Assembly (NCBI RefSeq): GCF_006345805.1
Contig: NC_043014.1
Location: 7,564,001 to 7,628,000 of the forward strand
Origin: Octopus sinensis
Lineage: Eukaryota
Direction of reading: 5' to 3'
Length of the DNA: 64,000 bases
Shown here: piece by piece, positions 11,463-25,533 of the stretch
How the letters are laid out: each line of letters starts with the position of its first letter
How positions within the stretch are numbered: position 1 is the first letter of the stretch
Translations under genes and position numbers: made by a program
Notes under the pieces: model-generated
The model's database searches: none
Seen by the model: the letters and a program-made list of their open reading frames with translations, nothing else
What the model was told of the DNA's origin: nothing

Positions 11463-11733
11463 TTAATAGTCAACGGCAGTGCCAGGAGATCAAAATATTA
11501 TCATGAAAGAAAGAGAAAAGATTGGTGAATATGAAGACCGGAGAATTGAGATCACCAAGATGTGACAGCCGCGAGAGTCAAATAAATGTTGTTCTTGTTG
11601 TTATTTACATCATTGGATTCAATAGCACTCATCATGAAGACACATCTAGACACTTTAGAAATTCCTTAAAATCTTGGGGCATCACAAAAATCGGCTTTAC
11701 TTGGAAGTACACACATATTGTGCAACATCTTCA
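11463..11733 (+). mobile_element. R4/Dong-like non-LTR retrotransposon, restriction-like endonuclease C-terminal remnant
   Basis: Piecewise translation gives TAVPGDQNIIMKEREKIGEYED, INVVLVVI and KTHLDTLEIP*NLGASQKSALLGSTHIL, with stops and frameshifts. Confidence 0.72.
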
Positions 11734-11737
11734 ATAA

Positions 11738-12143
11738 TCTCTCTATCTCTTATTATATATATATAAAGCTGAAGTTGTTTGTGTATGGCAGGTTTGGTAG
11801 CCTTCAACTAACACCATCTCCTCCAAGACCCTGCAGCGCAAGTTGACTAAAATTGAGAGTATGATAGAAGAAGGCTTGCTCTTCATTCCATAGAAGAAAA
11901 AATTTAAATCGGACCATGTTAACACCAAAAATTACTTACATCAAAAAGGTGCTTTTTTTCTATGAAAATCCCTATTTTTTACGATTTTTTTACTGCTGTG
12001 TCGCCATTTTTCGGTGTATTTCAACCAGAAAAATGTTCACTTAAAGAGAATAACAAGCTACATAATGCAAAATTTTTACTTTTCAAAAATTCCAATTCTA
12101 AAGGATTGAAACAAACCCGAGCAACGCCGGGCGATACTGCTAG
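11738..12143 (+). mobile_element. Non-autonomous Helitron family H3
   Basis: a|TC start and a cccgagcaacgccgggcgatactgCTAG|t end; second copy at 36155-36552. Confidence 0.8.
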
Positions 12144-12385
12144 TAATAATAATAATAATAATAATTTCTACTATAGGCACAAGGCCTGAGGTTTTTGTGG
12201 GGAGGGGGATAGTTGATTATATTGATCCCAGTACATAACTGGTACTTAATTTATCTACCCTCATCCAAAGAGGAAGAACGGCAAAGTCGACCTTAGTGGA
12301 ATTTGAACTCGGATCGTGCAGACGGACAAAATACCACTAAGCATTTTACCTGGAGTGCTAATGATTCTGCCAGCTTGCAGCCTTC

Positions 12386-12418
<33 letters not shown>

Positions 12419-12604
12419 TTTCTGATTTAGACACAAGGTCAGCAATTTTGAGGGGGATGAGCATAAAAATTTAAAAGATATCATCAACATGTTCACTTTG
12501 ACACCATTGAAAATATCATAACCAGCAAATCCATCATCACCACCATCACTACAACCAACATCATCACAATACACATACACGTATATACACGTTTCCTCCA
12601 AGTA

Positions 12605-13077
12605 AGTTTTTATATATATATATATATATATATAATTATATATATATATATATATATACACACACATACACACATATATGTATATATATATATATATACA
12701 TACATATATGCACACACACATATATATACATTCATATATACACACACACACATATATATATACATGCATATATACACACACATATATATATACATACATA
12801 CACACACATATATCCATATATAATATATATACACACATACATATATATACACATACATATACATACGTATATGTACACTAACACACACACATGTATATAA
12901 TATATATTTATATATATATATACACACATATACACATCCACATATCTATACACACATACACACACAAAAACACATGTACATATATACATACACACATATA
13001 TTCACATAAAAATACATGTACATACATATATATATACACACACATACACACATACACATAAAAACACATGTACATAC

Positions 13078-13108
<31 letters not shown>

Positions 13109-13139
13109 TACATACACATAAAAACACATGTACATCCAC

Positions 13140-13171
<32 letters not shown>

Positions 13172-13809
13172 ATACACACATACATATAAATACACATATA
13201 CATAAATGCACATGTACATACATACATACATATATATATATACATACATATATATATACATATATATACACATACATATAATATGCATGTATACATACAT
13301 ACATACATACATACATACGTGTTTGGATACACAATTATGGCAAAGTAGTACTCAACGTCAAAACGAATTTACATTTCTATAGAGCAGAAGCCAAACTCCA
13401 TCACAACTCAGAAAACGAGAGACAAGACACGGAAATAAATTAAATAAACACAAACACGTGGACATTCACTCCATCTTCTTAACAACGAGCAGCATTAAAC
13501 AATTGAGGCCAGAGGCAGTTTAGCTGGGAAATCATGGCATCATTTGCCTTTTAGTATAAGACAATAATTGTGACAATATGGAAACACGATAGAGACAATA
13601 GAGAATGTGTTGGGTGGGTGGGAGCGATTTGTGTTTGTTTGTTTAGATAACCTATTTATAAATGTGTTTTTTTTTTAGAGTGACACACTTCTCGTCGGAG
13701 TTGCTCTGCCGTTTTTTATGAAAGTAGAAGAGTGTGTGTGTGTGTGTGTGTGTGCAAATATCATAACCACTGTCACAACCAACCAACATCATCACAATAC
13801 ACATACACG

Positions 13810-13864
<55 letters not shown>

Positions 13865-13875
13865 CACACACACAC

Positions 13876-13950
<75 letters not shown>

Positions 13951-13971
13951 CACACACACACATATATATAT

Positions 13972-14020
<49 letters not shown>

Positions 14021-14300
14021 TACATACATATATGCACACACACATATATATGCAAACACATATATATATATACATACATATATGCACACACACATATATA
14101 TGCAAACACACACATATATATATATATACATATATGCACACACATATATATACATACATACACACATATACACACACACACATACATACATATACACACA
14201 CATATATCCATATATAATATATATATACACACATACATATATATACACATACATATACATACGTATATATATACGTATATATATATATATACATTCATTG
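12605..14300. repeat. Two compound (CA/TA)n tracts sharing unique anchors (local duplication)
   Basis: accaacatcatcacaatacacatacacgtata occurs near 12555 and 13785. Confidence 0.75.
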
Positions 14301-14494
14301 ATACGGCCACACATTCCAGCATATATGTATCGTAAAAATGCATTTGTGAATACGCAAACTTTGAATTTGGGATGGGATTTTGCCGCCCCTTTTGACCCCA
14401 CAAAAAAAAAAGAAAAAAAGAAGTTGGCTCCGTTGATAACCCAAGCTGCAAAAAAAGGTCCTTGAGGTCTTAATTTCTCTGCATGTTTAATTCA

Positions 14495-15030
14495 TCATCA
14501 TCATCATCATCATCATCGTTTAACGTCTACTTTCCATGCGAGCATGGGTTGGACGGTTCAACAGGGGTCTGGCAGTGTTTCTACGGCTGGATGCCCTTCC
14601 TAACGCCAACCACTCCATGAGTGTAGTGGGTGCTTTTTACGTGCCACCGACACAGGTGCCAGACTAGGCTGGCGAACGGCCACGCTTGGATGGTGCTTTT
14701 TACGTGCCACCGGCACGGAGGCCAGGCGAGTCTGGCGAACGGCCACGCTCAGATGGTGCTTTTTACGTGCCACCGGAGGCCAGTCGAGGCGGTGCTGGCT
14801 ACGGCCACGTTCGGATGGTTCACTTACGTGCCACCGGCACTGGTATCACAACTACAAATTCCATTGATGTTGATCGATTCGATTTTGATTTTGATTTTCA
14901 CTTGCCTCAACAGGTTTTCAGAAGTAGAGTTATGTGTCCCAAGAAGGAAGGTATGCACAGGTGGACTGACTACGTCCCAGGTAGAGGCCACGGGTTATGG
15001 CCTCACTTGTCCTGCCGGGTCTTCTCACGC
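14495..15030 (-). mobile_element. RTE 3'UTR copy
   Basis: Begins at the ORF2 stop region and carries the same modules and (GAT)n tail. Confidence 0.8.
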
Positions 15031-16360
15031 GCATAAGAGTACTGTGTGTATAATGTTCAGTCTCAGTATATAACACCTTGGGCAAGTGTCTTCTACTATA
15101 GCCTCGGGCTGACCAATGCCTTGTGAGTGGATTTGGTAGACGGAAGCTGAAAGAAGCCTGTCATATGTATATATATATATATATATTTTTATGTGTGTGT
15201 GTTTGTGTGTCTGTGTTTGTCCCCCTAGCATTGCTTGACAACCGATGCTGGCGTGTTTATGTCCCCGTCACTTAGCAGTTCGGCAAAAGAGACCGATAGA
15301 ATAAGTACTGGGCTTACAAAGAATAAGTCCCGGGGTCGAGTTGCTCGATTATAGGTGGTGCTCCAGCATGGCCGCAGTCAAATGACTGAAACAACTAAAA
15401 GAGTAAAAGAGTAATATATATGTGTGTGTGTGTGTGTGTGCTTGTGGTGTGTCTTTCTGCCTGTGTACTAATGACCGAAACAAGCTTGGCAATAGGTGTA
15501 GGTGTGTTTACATCCCTGTTGTACTCTTTCACAACTTTCTCTCACTCTCTCTTCCTGTTTCTTGAGTAACGCTGCGATGGACTAGCATCCCATCCAGCTA
15601 GTGGGTGAGGGAACACATACGCCACAGGAACCGGGAAACCGGGCCCATGAGCCTGGCTAGGTTTGAAAAGGGCCACAAGAATCCTGTTTGTACTGTGTAT
15701 GTATGCGTGTGTACACACACACAACACACACACACACACCACATATATATATATCATCATCATCAACATTTAACGTCCGTTTTCCATGCTAGCATGGGTT
15801 GGATGGTTCGACCGGGGTCTGGGAAGCCAGGAGGCTGCACCAGGCTCTAGTCTGTTCTGGCAGTGTTTCTACAACTGGATGCCCTTCCTAACGCCAACCA
15901 CTCCGTGAGTGCAGTGGGTGCTTTTTACATGTCACCGGCACAGGTGCCAGGGGAGCCTGGCATCGGCCACGTTCGGATGGTGCTTTTTACGTGCCACCAG
16001 CACAGAACTCCACATCGGCTGTGATGATGAGGGTTCCAGTTGATCCAATCAATGGAACAGCCTGCTCGTGAAATTAATGTGCAAGTGGCTGAGTACTCCA
16101 CAGTCACACGTATCCTTAAAGTAGTTCTTGGGGAGATTCAGCGTGACACAGAGTGTGGCAAGGCCGGCCCTTTGAAATACAGGTACAACAGAAACAGGAG
16201 GTAAGAGTGAGAGAAAGTTGTGGTGAAAGAGTACAGCTGGAGCCTCGTGGAGCTTTAGGTGTTTTCACTCAGTAAACACTCACAATGCCTGGTCTGGGAA
16301 TTGAAACCGTGATCCTACAACCGCGAATCTGCTGCCCTAACCACTGGGCCATTGCGCCTC

Positions 16361-16404
<44 letters not shown>

Positions 16405-17415
16405 AGATAGATAGATAGATACCCAGATAGATTGGAGCAATCTCAAATATAATCAGCTGAAATTGCGAAGATAATCTGGTACTTGACTGAGGAAAGAAAA
16501 CTTCAAATGACTCATCCTTGTTTTCTTTGTATTGTCTATCTGGATGTGTTTGTTCTCCCTTTTTTGTATCACCTAACTGTCCGGATGTTTTGCGTTGTTG
16601 TTCCATTTTGTATTTATATATATATATATACATATATATACGTTGGCGTTAGGAAGGGCATCCAGCCGTAGAAACACTGCCAGATCAGACTGGGCCTGAT
16701 GCAGCCTTCTGGCTTCACAGACCCCAGTTGAACCGTCCAACCCATGCTAGCATGGAAAGCGGACACTAAATGATGATGATGATGATGGGACATATATATA
16801 TATATGCATGTATGTATATACATATGTGTTGTGTATCTTTCTGTTTTGTTGCTCCTCACTAGATGTGCAATGGTTTGTTTACATCCATGGTATAACATTG
16901 CAGTTTACCAAAAAGAGATTGATAAGATACCAGTGACACACACACACACACTAACACACACACACACAAACACACACACAACAAACACACACACACACAC
17001 GCACACACAAACACACACACACACATATTTCAGCAAAGGAGTCAACAAGAGCAGTAAAGTCTAAAATAAGTGAATGGGATAATTCTAAAGTCACTAAAAT
17101 ATACAAACAAACAAACAAAAAGAAAAAAAAACAAACAACAATAATAAAAACTACAAACAAACAAAAAGAAACCTTTCAACCATCCACCCACATCCTCCTC
17201 CTCACCCAGCTTAATTTTGACAGTTGGCTGTTGGCAAAGCTCAAACAAACAAGAACAACAAGAACATTGTCAAGGTCAGTAGAATTAAATGAAGTCACAT
17301 GATAACAAAGAAGCCAAAAAAATAAAAAAAACAATATATAATACAAAGGGAATAAAAACATAAAAATTTGTGTTGTGTGTGTGTGTGTGTGTATGTAAGG
17401 ACATACGCAGATGTA

Positions 17416-17664
17416 CAGGGTGTTTAAAAAGTCTCTCTGCAGTGAATTTTATTCATCCCGCGCATCACCATGGCGCTCTACTTCAAGAGATTTCCAGTGA
17501 ACGGATTATTTCGAAGGGACTTTGGCCAACAAGATCATCTGATTTAACACCACCAGACATTTTTTTTTTTTTTTGTTATCTAGGGAGCAAGTAAAGGACC
17601 AGTGTACAAGAATCGCCCGAAAACCATTAAATACCTACTGCGGAGAGACTTTCTGAACACCCCA
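17416..17664 (+). mobile_element. Internally deleted Tc1/mariner element
   Basis: TA-flanked 24-bp TIRs (cagggtgtttaaaaagtctctctg / cggagagactttctgaacacccca) enclose LWPTRSSDLTPPDIF, matching the WPxxSPDLxPxD transposase motif. Confidence 0.85.
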
Positions 17665-17666
17665 TA

Positions 17667-18392
17667 TATGCATATGGGTATCAGTCGAACCAATTCTACT
17701 ACATGGCTCAGAAACCTGGACGTTATCAATGAAGCTTGAGAGGCGGTTGGATGGAACTTACACTCGTCTCCTTATGAGAGCTCAAAATCTCTCGTGGAAG
17801 CGTCATCCAACCAAAGTACAAATATATGGGAAATTACCGGCACGTAAAAAGCACCATCCGATCGTGGCCAATGCCAGCCTCGCCTGGCCCCCGTGCTGGT
17901 GGCATGTAAAAAGCACCAACCGATCGTGGCCGTTTGCCAGCCTCGTCTGGCACCTGTGCAGGTGGCACATAAAAAGCACCCACTACACTCTCGGAGTGGT
18001 TGGCGTTAGGAAGGACATCCAGCTGTAGAAACACTGCCAGATCAGACTGGGCCTGGCATCCCAGACCCCAGTTGAACCGTCCAACCCATGCTAGCATGGA
18101 AAACGGACGTTAAACGATGATGATGATGATCATTATCTCTTGTGAAAGGTAGAAGAGTCCAGTTTGCTGGACATTGTTGTAGAGCTGAAAAAGTGGTAAT
18201 TTCTACTCTTCTCCTCTGGAAGCCATCTGCTCGCGATACCAGAGGGCGCACACTCTCCTACCCTGATATAATCTCCAGGGATACAGGCATCCAGCAACAG
18301 GTCCTCCGTAATGCTATGATGGACCGTGAAGTCTGGTGTAACATAGTAAATTCCATTGTCTCGACCACGGTCGAACAATGATGATGATGATG
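17667..18392 (+). mobile_element. RTE-X-like LINE 3' fragment split by an RTE 3'UTR insertion
   Basis: GSETWTLSMKLERRLDGTYTRLLMRAQNLSWKRHPTKVQIYGKLP ... VKGRRVQFAGHCCRAEKVVISTLLLW...DREVW, a stop codon, then a (TGA)n tail. The clade assignment is from motif memory. Confidence 0.75.
17838..18132 (+). mobile_element. RTE 3'UTR copy inserted into an RTE-X-like fragment
   Basis: Same modules and tail; it interrupts the ORF between YGKLP and VKGRRVQFAGH. Confidence 0.8.
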
Positions 18393-19387
18393 TGTATCTG
18401 TGCACACACTTATACATATACACACAACACACACACACATAATATGCACGTGTAATACACACACACACATGCATACATATATGTACAGATGGTTAGTGGT
18501 TAGAGTGTTGGGCTCACAATCATGAGGTAGTGAGTTCAATTCCCGGACTGGGCTGTGCGTTGTGTTCTTGAGCAAGACACTTTATTTCACATTGCTCCTG
18601 TTCACTCAGCTGTAGAAATGACCTGCGATGTCACAGGTGCCAAGCTGTATCGGAGTCCCTTTGCCTTTCCCTTGGACAACATCAGTAGCGTGGAGAGGGG
18701 AGGCTGATATGCATGGATGACTGCTCATCTTCCACATACAACCTTGCCAAGACTTGTACCCTCAGAGGGTAACTTCCTAGGTGCAATCCCATGATCATTC
18801 ATGACCAAAAGGGGTCTTTATGCCTGTACCCTATGTACAAATAATGGTGTGGAGAAGAAGGGCCTGTATCCATGGGCAACTGCTGGTCTTCCATAAACTA
18901 CCCTGCTGAGAATTTGGCCCCAGAGGGAAACTTCCTAGGTGCAATCCCATGGTCATTCATGACCAAAAGGGGTCTTTATGCCTTTACCCTTTTATGAAAT
19001 TAGGAAGTTTGCTTTGTAACAACCAACCACATGGTTGCGGGTTCAGTCCCACTGCATGGAACCTTAGGCAAGTGTCTTCTACAATAGCCTTGGGCTGACC
19101 AAAGACTTGTCAGTGGATTTGGTAGATGGAAACTGAAAGAAGCCCATCATATACACACACACATTTATATATGTATACGTTCATGTGTCTGTGTTTGTTC
19201 CCCCACCATCGCTTGACAACCGACGTTGGTGTGTTTACGTCCCCATAACTTAGTGGTCCAGCAATAGAGGCTGATAGAATAAGTACTAGGCATACAAAAA
19301 ATAAGTCCTGGGGTCGATTTGTTTGACTGAAGGTGTTGCTCCAGCATGGCCACAGTCAAATGATTGAAACAAGTAAAAGAATAAAAG

Positions 19388-19419
<32 letters not shown>

Positions 19420-19884
19420 ATATATATTCATTCTCTTTTTCTTTTACTTGTTTCAGTCAGACTGTGGCCATGCTGGAGCACCACCTTGAATTTTTAGGTG
19501 AATGAATCAAAAGGTCCCTGAATAAGGGTTGTTTAAGGATGCTGCACAAAACACCCATGTTTCCAAAGGTGAATTATTCAAACCCCAAAGAATCCCTCTC
19601 AACACATGGCTATGATGCTCCCCCACTACTTCTGCTCGAGATCAGAGATGCACATATCGTCAGCCACTAAGGGACATGCTCAACTGGTTAAGGTCAAACA
19701 ACTGACAAGCAAATCTGTGGTATTGAGCAGAATATTTGCTGTGACCCATCTTTTATACCAAGACAAAGCAATGTACATGATAACACTTCCAATCAGTTAA
19801 GATCAGAAGTCATGAGAGCCACTGCCTGGTACTGCATCAGGGCATTTATTATTATTATTATTATTATTATTATAGCATCATAGG

Positions 19885-20300
19885 GTGGTGAGCTGGCAGA
19901 ATTGTTAGCATGCCGGGCGAAATGCTTAATGGTATTTCATCTGTCTTTACGTTCCGAGTTCAAATTCCAATGAGGTCGACTTTGCCTTTCATCCTTTCGG
20001 GGTCGATAAATTAAGTACCAGTTACGCACTGGGGTTGATATAATCAACTTAATCCGTTTGTCTGTCCTTGTTTGTCCTCTCTGTGTTTAGCCCCTTGTGG
20101 GGAGTAAACAAATAGGTATTTCGTCTATCATTACGTTCTGAGTTCAAATTCCACCCAGGCTGACTTTGCCTTTCATCCTTTCAGGGTCGATTAAATAAGG
20201 ACCAGTTATGCACTGGGGTCAATGTAATTGACTTAATCTCTTTGTCTGTCCTTGTTTGTCCCCTTTATGTTTAGCCCCCCTGTAGCCAATAAAGAAATAA
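19885..20300 (+). mobile_element. SINE family E dimer
   Basis: One head followed by two bodies joined at aataggtatttcgtc. Confidence 0.75.
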
Positions 20301-20310
20301 AAATTATTAT

Positions 20311-20709
20311 AGGCACAGGAGTGGCTGTGTGGTAAGTAGCTTGTCTACCAACCACATGGTTCCGGGTTCAGTCCCACTGCGTGGCACCTTGGGCAAGTGT
20401 CTTCTACTATAGCCTCGGGCCAACCAATGCCTTGTGAGTGGATTTGGTAGACGGAAACTGAAAGAAGCCTGTTGTATATATGTATATATATATATGTATG
20501 TGTGTCTGTGTTTGTCCCCCTAACATTGCTTGACAACTGATGCTGGTGTGTTTATGTCCCCGTCACATAGCGGTTCGGCAAAAGAGACCGATAGAATAAG
20601 TACTGGACTTACAAAAGAATAAGTGCCGGGGTCGAGTTGCTCGAGTAAAGGCGGTGCTCCAGCATGGCCGCAGTCAAATGACTGAAACAAGTAAAAGAGT
20701 AAAGAGTAA
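20311..20709 (+). mobile_element. SINE family A, full length
   Basis: Same architecture as 211-630. Confidence 0.85.
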
Positions 20710-20935
20710 TAGCACCATATGTCACTGACCCTTAGATATCTAGATTCACTTGTACTACATTGTTGCTGCTAATAACAAACCCTTAATTCCTCATTCCACC
20801 CACCGTTCAATTAGGGGATTCCTTTAACTGTTGTTATAGACAGCTCTATCCCCATTGTAGCTAATAAAACAGACTACTGGTGGTTGTTGTCCCTTTTCAT
20901 TTTGGTTGTTCTATGCTAGAATAACAAGATATATA

Positions 20936-21327
20936 CTTACTTTACTAGTTTCAGTCATTTGACTGTGGCCATGCTGGAGCACCGCCTTTAGTCGAGCAAA
21001 TCGACCCCGGGACTTATTCTTTGCAAGCCCAGTACTTATTCTATCGGTCTCTTTTGCCGAACCACTAAATGACGGGGACCTAAACACACCAGCATCGGTT
21101 GTCAAGCAATGCTAGGGGGAGAAACACAGACACACATACATATATATATATATATACATATATACGACAGGCTCCTTTCAGTTTCCGTCTACCAAATCCA
21201 CTCACAAGGCATTGGTCGGCCCGAGGCTATAGCAGAAGACACTTGCCCAAGATGCCATGCAGTGGGACTGAACCCGGAATCATGTGGTTGGTTAGCAAGC
21301 TACTTACCACACAGCCACTCCTGTGCC
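20936..21327 (-). mobile_element. SINE family A, full length
   Basis: Same architecture as 211-630. Confidence 0.85.
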
Positions 21328-21456
21328 TATATATATATATATATATATACACATAAAGATACATCAAAATTTAGATTCAGATGAATATGGTACTTAAGTT
21401 AAAGGCACCAGAATTTGGTATGGTATTATCCATATAATTCAAAATGGGGTGATTAC

Positions 21457-21615
21457 AATCAAAATAAGTAACAAGGATATCCAAGGTAGAGTAGTACAAT
21501 CGTTTCATGCTACTTCATTACATCAGCTTGATGTAATACTTACAGTGTTTAATAAAATGAAGGAGTATGAAACGATTGTACCACACTACCTTGGATATCC
21601 TTGTTGCTTATTTTG

Positions 21616-21618
<3 letters not shown>
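21457..21618. repeat. Inverted repeat (63-bp arms)
   Basis: 21457-21519 pairs with 21556-21618. Confidence 0.85.
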
Positions 21619-21649
<31 letters not shown>

Positions 21650-22479
21650 GGTTTATTAATCAACACAAGAATAAGGTGTGAACCATCCTAAACACCTCTT
21701 CATTAGAGTTGATGAGATAATTATGATAATAAACAAATTATTTTTAGCTCTATTGTGTCATCAAAGGTTGAGTCATTGGCTTCGGTTGTGACACATACCT
21801 GGAGTAATAAGCTTGCTTATTCAGCCACCCTTAATTGTAGTGAGGGTAGAAATGGTGGTTGGTGGGGGTGCTTTGCAGAGTGAAAACTTGCTGCTGCTGC
21901 TGCTGCTAACTTCTGGATGGTCCTCAATGAGCAGACCTATGATGAAAGGCTTTCCAACCATGACCATCACATCTTAAAATTTTTATTCTTGTTTTCTAGT
22001 CTTCGGGTACAGGCATGGCTGTGTGGTTAAGAAGCTTGCTTGGTAAGCATGTGGTTCCGGGGTTCAATCCCATTGTGTGGCACCAAGAGCAAGTCTCTTC
22101 TAGTATAGCTCCAGACTGACCAATGCCTTCTAAGTATATTCAGTAGACAGAAACTGCATGGAAGCCCATCATGTATATGTGTGTTGGTTTGTTTCCATCC
22201 CTGTAACCTAGCAGTTAGGCAAAAGAGAGTGATAAAATTAGGGCCAAGTGCTAATTTGTTCAACTAAACCTATCAAAGTGGTGCTCCAGCATGGCCACAG
22301 ACTGCTAAACAAGTAAAAGATTAATTATTCAGCGAGGTCCTTTCTTTTATAAATGCCATATAAAATATGTAGTTTGAGAAAGATTTGGCTGCAATTTTTA
22401 GCAGGTCGTGCAACCACACAGTAGTTCCCTCTTAGCTTATTTTAGTGGCTGCAGAGATTGCAATAATGGAACAATAATA

Positions 22480-23068
22480 CCTATTTCTTTACTACCCACA
22501 AGGGGCTAAACGCAGAGAGGACAAACAAGGACAGACAAACGGATTAAGTCGATTATATCGACCCCAGTGCGTAACTGGTACTTATTTAATCGACCCTGAA
22601 AGGATGAAAGGCAAAGTCGACCCTCTCCTTAAACCACAATCCTAATCGCTACATCCTGACCCTCGGGGGTTTTATTTCAAGATAACTTTTTTCTTAAAAA
22701 GAAAAAGTATATTTTGATTTACAATGAGAACTCAACCCACTTATTTTCCATTTTGAAAAAAAAATTTTTTTAATCTTTGTTCGTTTAAACCCTCGGCGGA
22801 ATTTGAACTCAGAACGTAGCGGCAGACGAAATACCTATTTCTTTACTACCCACAAGGGGCTAAACACAGAGAGGACAAACAAGGACAGACAAACGGATTA
22901 AGTCGATTATATCGACCCCAGTGCGTAACTGGTACTTAATTTATCGACCCCGAAAGGATGAAAGGCAAAGTCGACCTCGGTGGAATGTGAACTCAGAACA
23001 TAGCGGCAGACGAAATAACGTTAAGCATTTCGCCCAGCGTGCTAACGTTTCTGCCAGCTCGCCGACTT
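22480..23068 (-). mobile_element. SINE family E dimer containing a foreign ~170-bp segment
   Basis: Segment 22623-22792 is also present at 37749-37921 with the same junction. Confidence 0.75.
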
Positions 23069-24384
23069 AAACAATAATATTGATGTAATTAACCAATTAG
23101 TGCCCAAATTTCTTTATTTGATTTATTACCAAAAATCTTTTTTATACAACTTTATCTGATACAGTTCTATATGTAAGAGATGAAGAATTATGTACATTAT
23201 GACTGGCATCCATGCTAGCGAGCTGCAAAGAGCACCATCCGAGGGTGATCATTGACAGATTGGCTAACTGGCTTCCACGCCAGTGGCATTTAAAAGGCAC
23301 CATTCGAGTTTGATCGTTACCAGCATCGCCTTACTGGCACTTGTGCCCGTGCTAGAAGGGTGCCAAGAGCACCATCCGAGCGTGATCATTGCCAGAGCAG
23401 CCAACTGGCTTCCCTGCCGGTGGTATTTAAAGGGGCACCATTCGAGTGTGCTCGTTACCAGTGTCGCCTTACTGGCACCTGTGCCGGTGTCATGTGTAAA
23501 AGCACCCACTACACTCACGGAGTGGTTGGCATTAGGAAGGGCATCCAGCTGTAGAAATTCTGCTAGATTAAGATTGAAGCCTGGTGCGGCGATCTGGTTC
23601 GCCAGACCTCAGTCAAATTGTCCAACCCATACCAGCATGGAAAGCAGACGTTAAACGATGATGATGTTAATGCCTTATTAACCCATTAGTACCCATGGTC
23701 CTACTTTTAGGACCAAAAGGGTAATCCATCATATTTCTGCAATACCTGTATTTTTCTGGCCAGTGACACATAAAAGGCACCGTTCAAGTGTGATCGTTGC
23801 CACTTTTACCTTACTGGCACTTGTGCCCCGTGCTAGAAGGTGGGTGAGAGCACCATCCGAGCGTGATCATTGCCATAGTTTTGGTGGTCCAGCAATAGAG
23901 GCTGATAGAATAAGTATTAGGCTTTCAAAGAATAACTCCTGGGGTCGATTTCTTTGACTAAAGGCGGTGCTCCAACATGGCCACAGTCAAATGACTGAAA
24001 CAAGTAAGAGAATATAAGAATATACACAACAGGTTTCTTTCAGTTTCCGTCTACCAAATCCACCCACAAAGCTTTGGTCGGCCCAAGGCTATAGTAGAAG
24101 ACACATGCCCAAGGTGCCTTGCAGTGGGACTGAACCAGGAACCATGTGGTTGGGAAGCAAGCTTCATATATAAGATGGGCTTCTTTCAGTTTCTGTCTAC
24201 CAAATCCACTCACAAGGCTTTGGTCAGTCCAAGATATAGAAGACACTTGCTCAAGGTGCCACACAGTGAAACTGAACCTGGAACCATGTGGTTGGTAAGC
24301 TACTTATCACACAGCCCATATGTGTGTTATTAATAACACACATAAATGTTTATATATATATGTGTGTGTGTATGTGTCACGTAA

Positions 24385-24700
24385 ATCGTGCTGGTGGCAC
24401 GTAAAAAGCACCATCCGATTGTGGCCATTGCCAGCCTCGTCGGGCCCCCGTGCTAGTGGCACGTAAAAAGCACCATCCGATTGTGGCCATTTGCCAGCCT
24501 CGTCTGGCACCTGTTCCGGTGGCACGTAAAAAGCACCCACTACACTCACAGAGTGGTTGACGTTAGGAAGGGCATCAAGCTGTAGAAACATTGCCAGATC
24601 AGACTGGGCCTGGTGCAGCCTTCTGGCTTCCCAGACCCCAGTTGAACCGTCCAACCCATGCTAGCATGGAAAGCAGACGCTAAACGATGATGATGATGAT
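24385..24700 (+). mobile_element. RTE 3'UTR copy
   Basis: Same modules and (GAT)n tail. Confidence 0.8.
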
Positions 24701-24750
24701 ATATATATATGTATTATATATATATATATATATTATATATTATATATATA

Positions 24751-24796
<46 letters not shown>

Positions 24797-25440
24797 GTAT
24801 GTATGTATATATATTATGTTCGGATGCAAGCTTCATATATAAGACGGGCTTCTTTCAGTTTCTGCCTACCAAATCCACTCACAAGGTTTTGGTTGGCCCG
24901 AGGCTATATTAGAAGGTGCCTTGCAGTGGGACTGAACCCGGAGCTACGTTGTTGGGAAGCAAGCTTTTTTACCACACAACCATGCCTGCACTTATATATA
25001 TGTGTGTGTGCGTGTATGTGTATGTATGTGTGTTGTTTTTGTTTTTGTTTTTCCAGTTTCAGCTCTTGAGCTGTGGCCATGCTGGGGCACCACCATTGTG
25101 GTGAAAGAGTACAGCAGGGATCACCACCCCCTGCTGGAGCCTCGTAGAGCTTTTAGGTGTTTTCGCTCAATAAACACACACAACGCCCGGTATGAGAATC
25201 GAAACCGCGATCCTGCGACCGCGAGTCCGCTGCCCTAACCACTAGGCCATTGCGCCTCCACTGTGTGTGTGTATGTGTGTGTGTATGTGTGTGTGTGTGT
25301 ATTCTACAGCAGTGACAAGAAACAGCTTAAATAAGCTTAATGTGAAATTCATTTTGATATTTTAAAAATATTTTAAATCTTTCGCCTCTCAAATATCAAA
25401 CTTCTGACAGGAAGGAAACACCACTACTACTACTACTACT

Positions 25441-25474
25441 ACTACACTCAACAGAAACTGCCTATATTGCTTAC

Positions 25475-25533
<59 letters not shown>

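Noticed and set aside
12293-14465. Long ORFs rich in Y/I/C/V/H/T (also 45427-46653, 49289-50247, 59570-60346)
   Set aside because: These are translations of (TA)n, (CA)n and (TG)n microsatellites.
17180-17240. EEEDVGGWLK as a possible PAFAH1B first coding exon
   Set aside because: Poor match to the expected D-x-QGDxRWMS, and the donor is weak and in the wrong phase.
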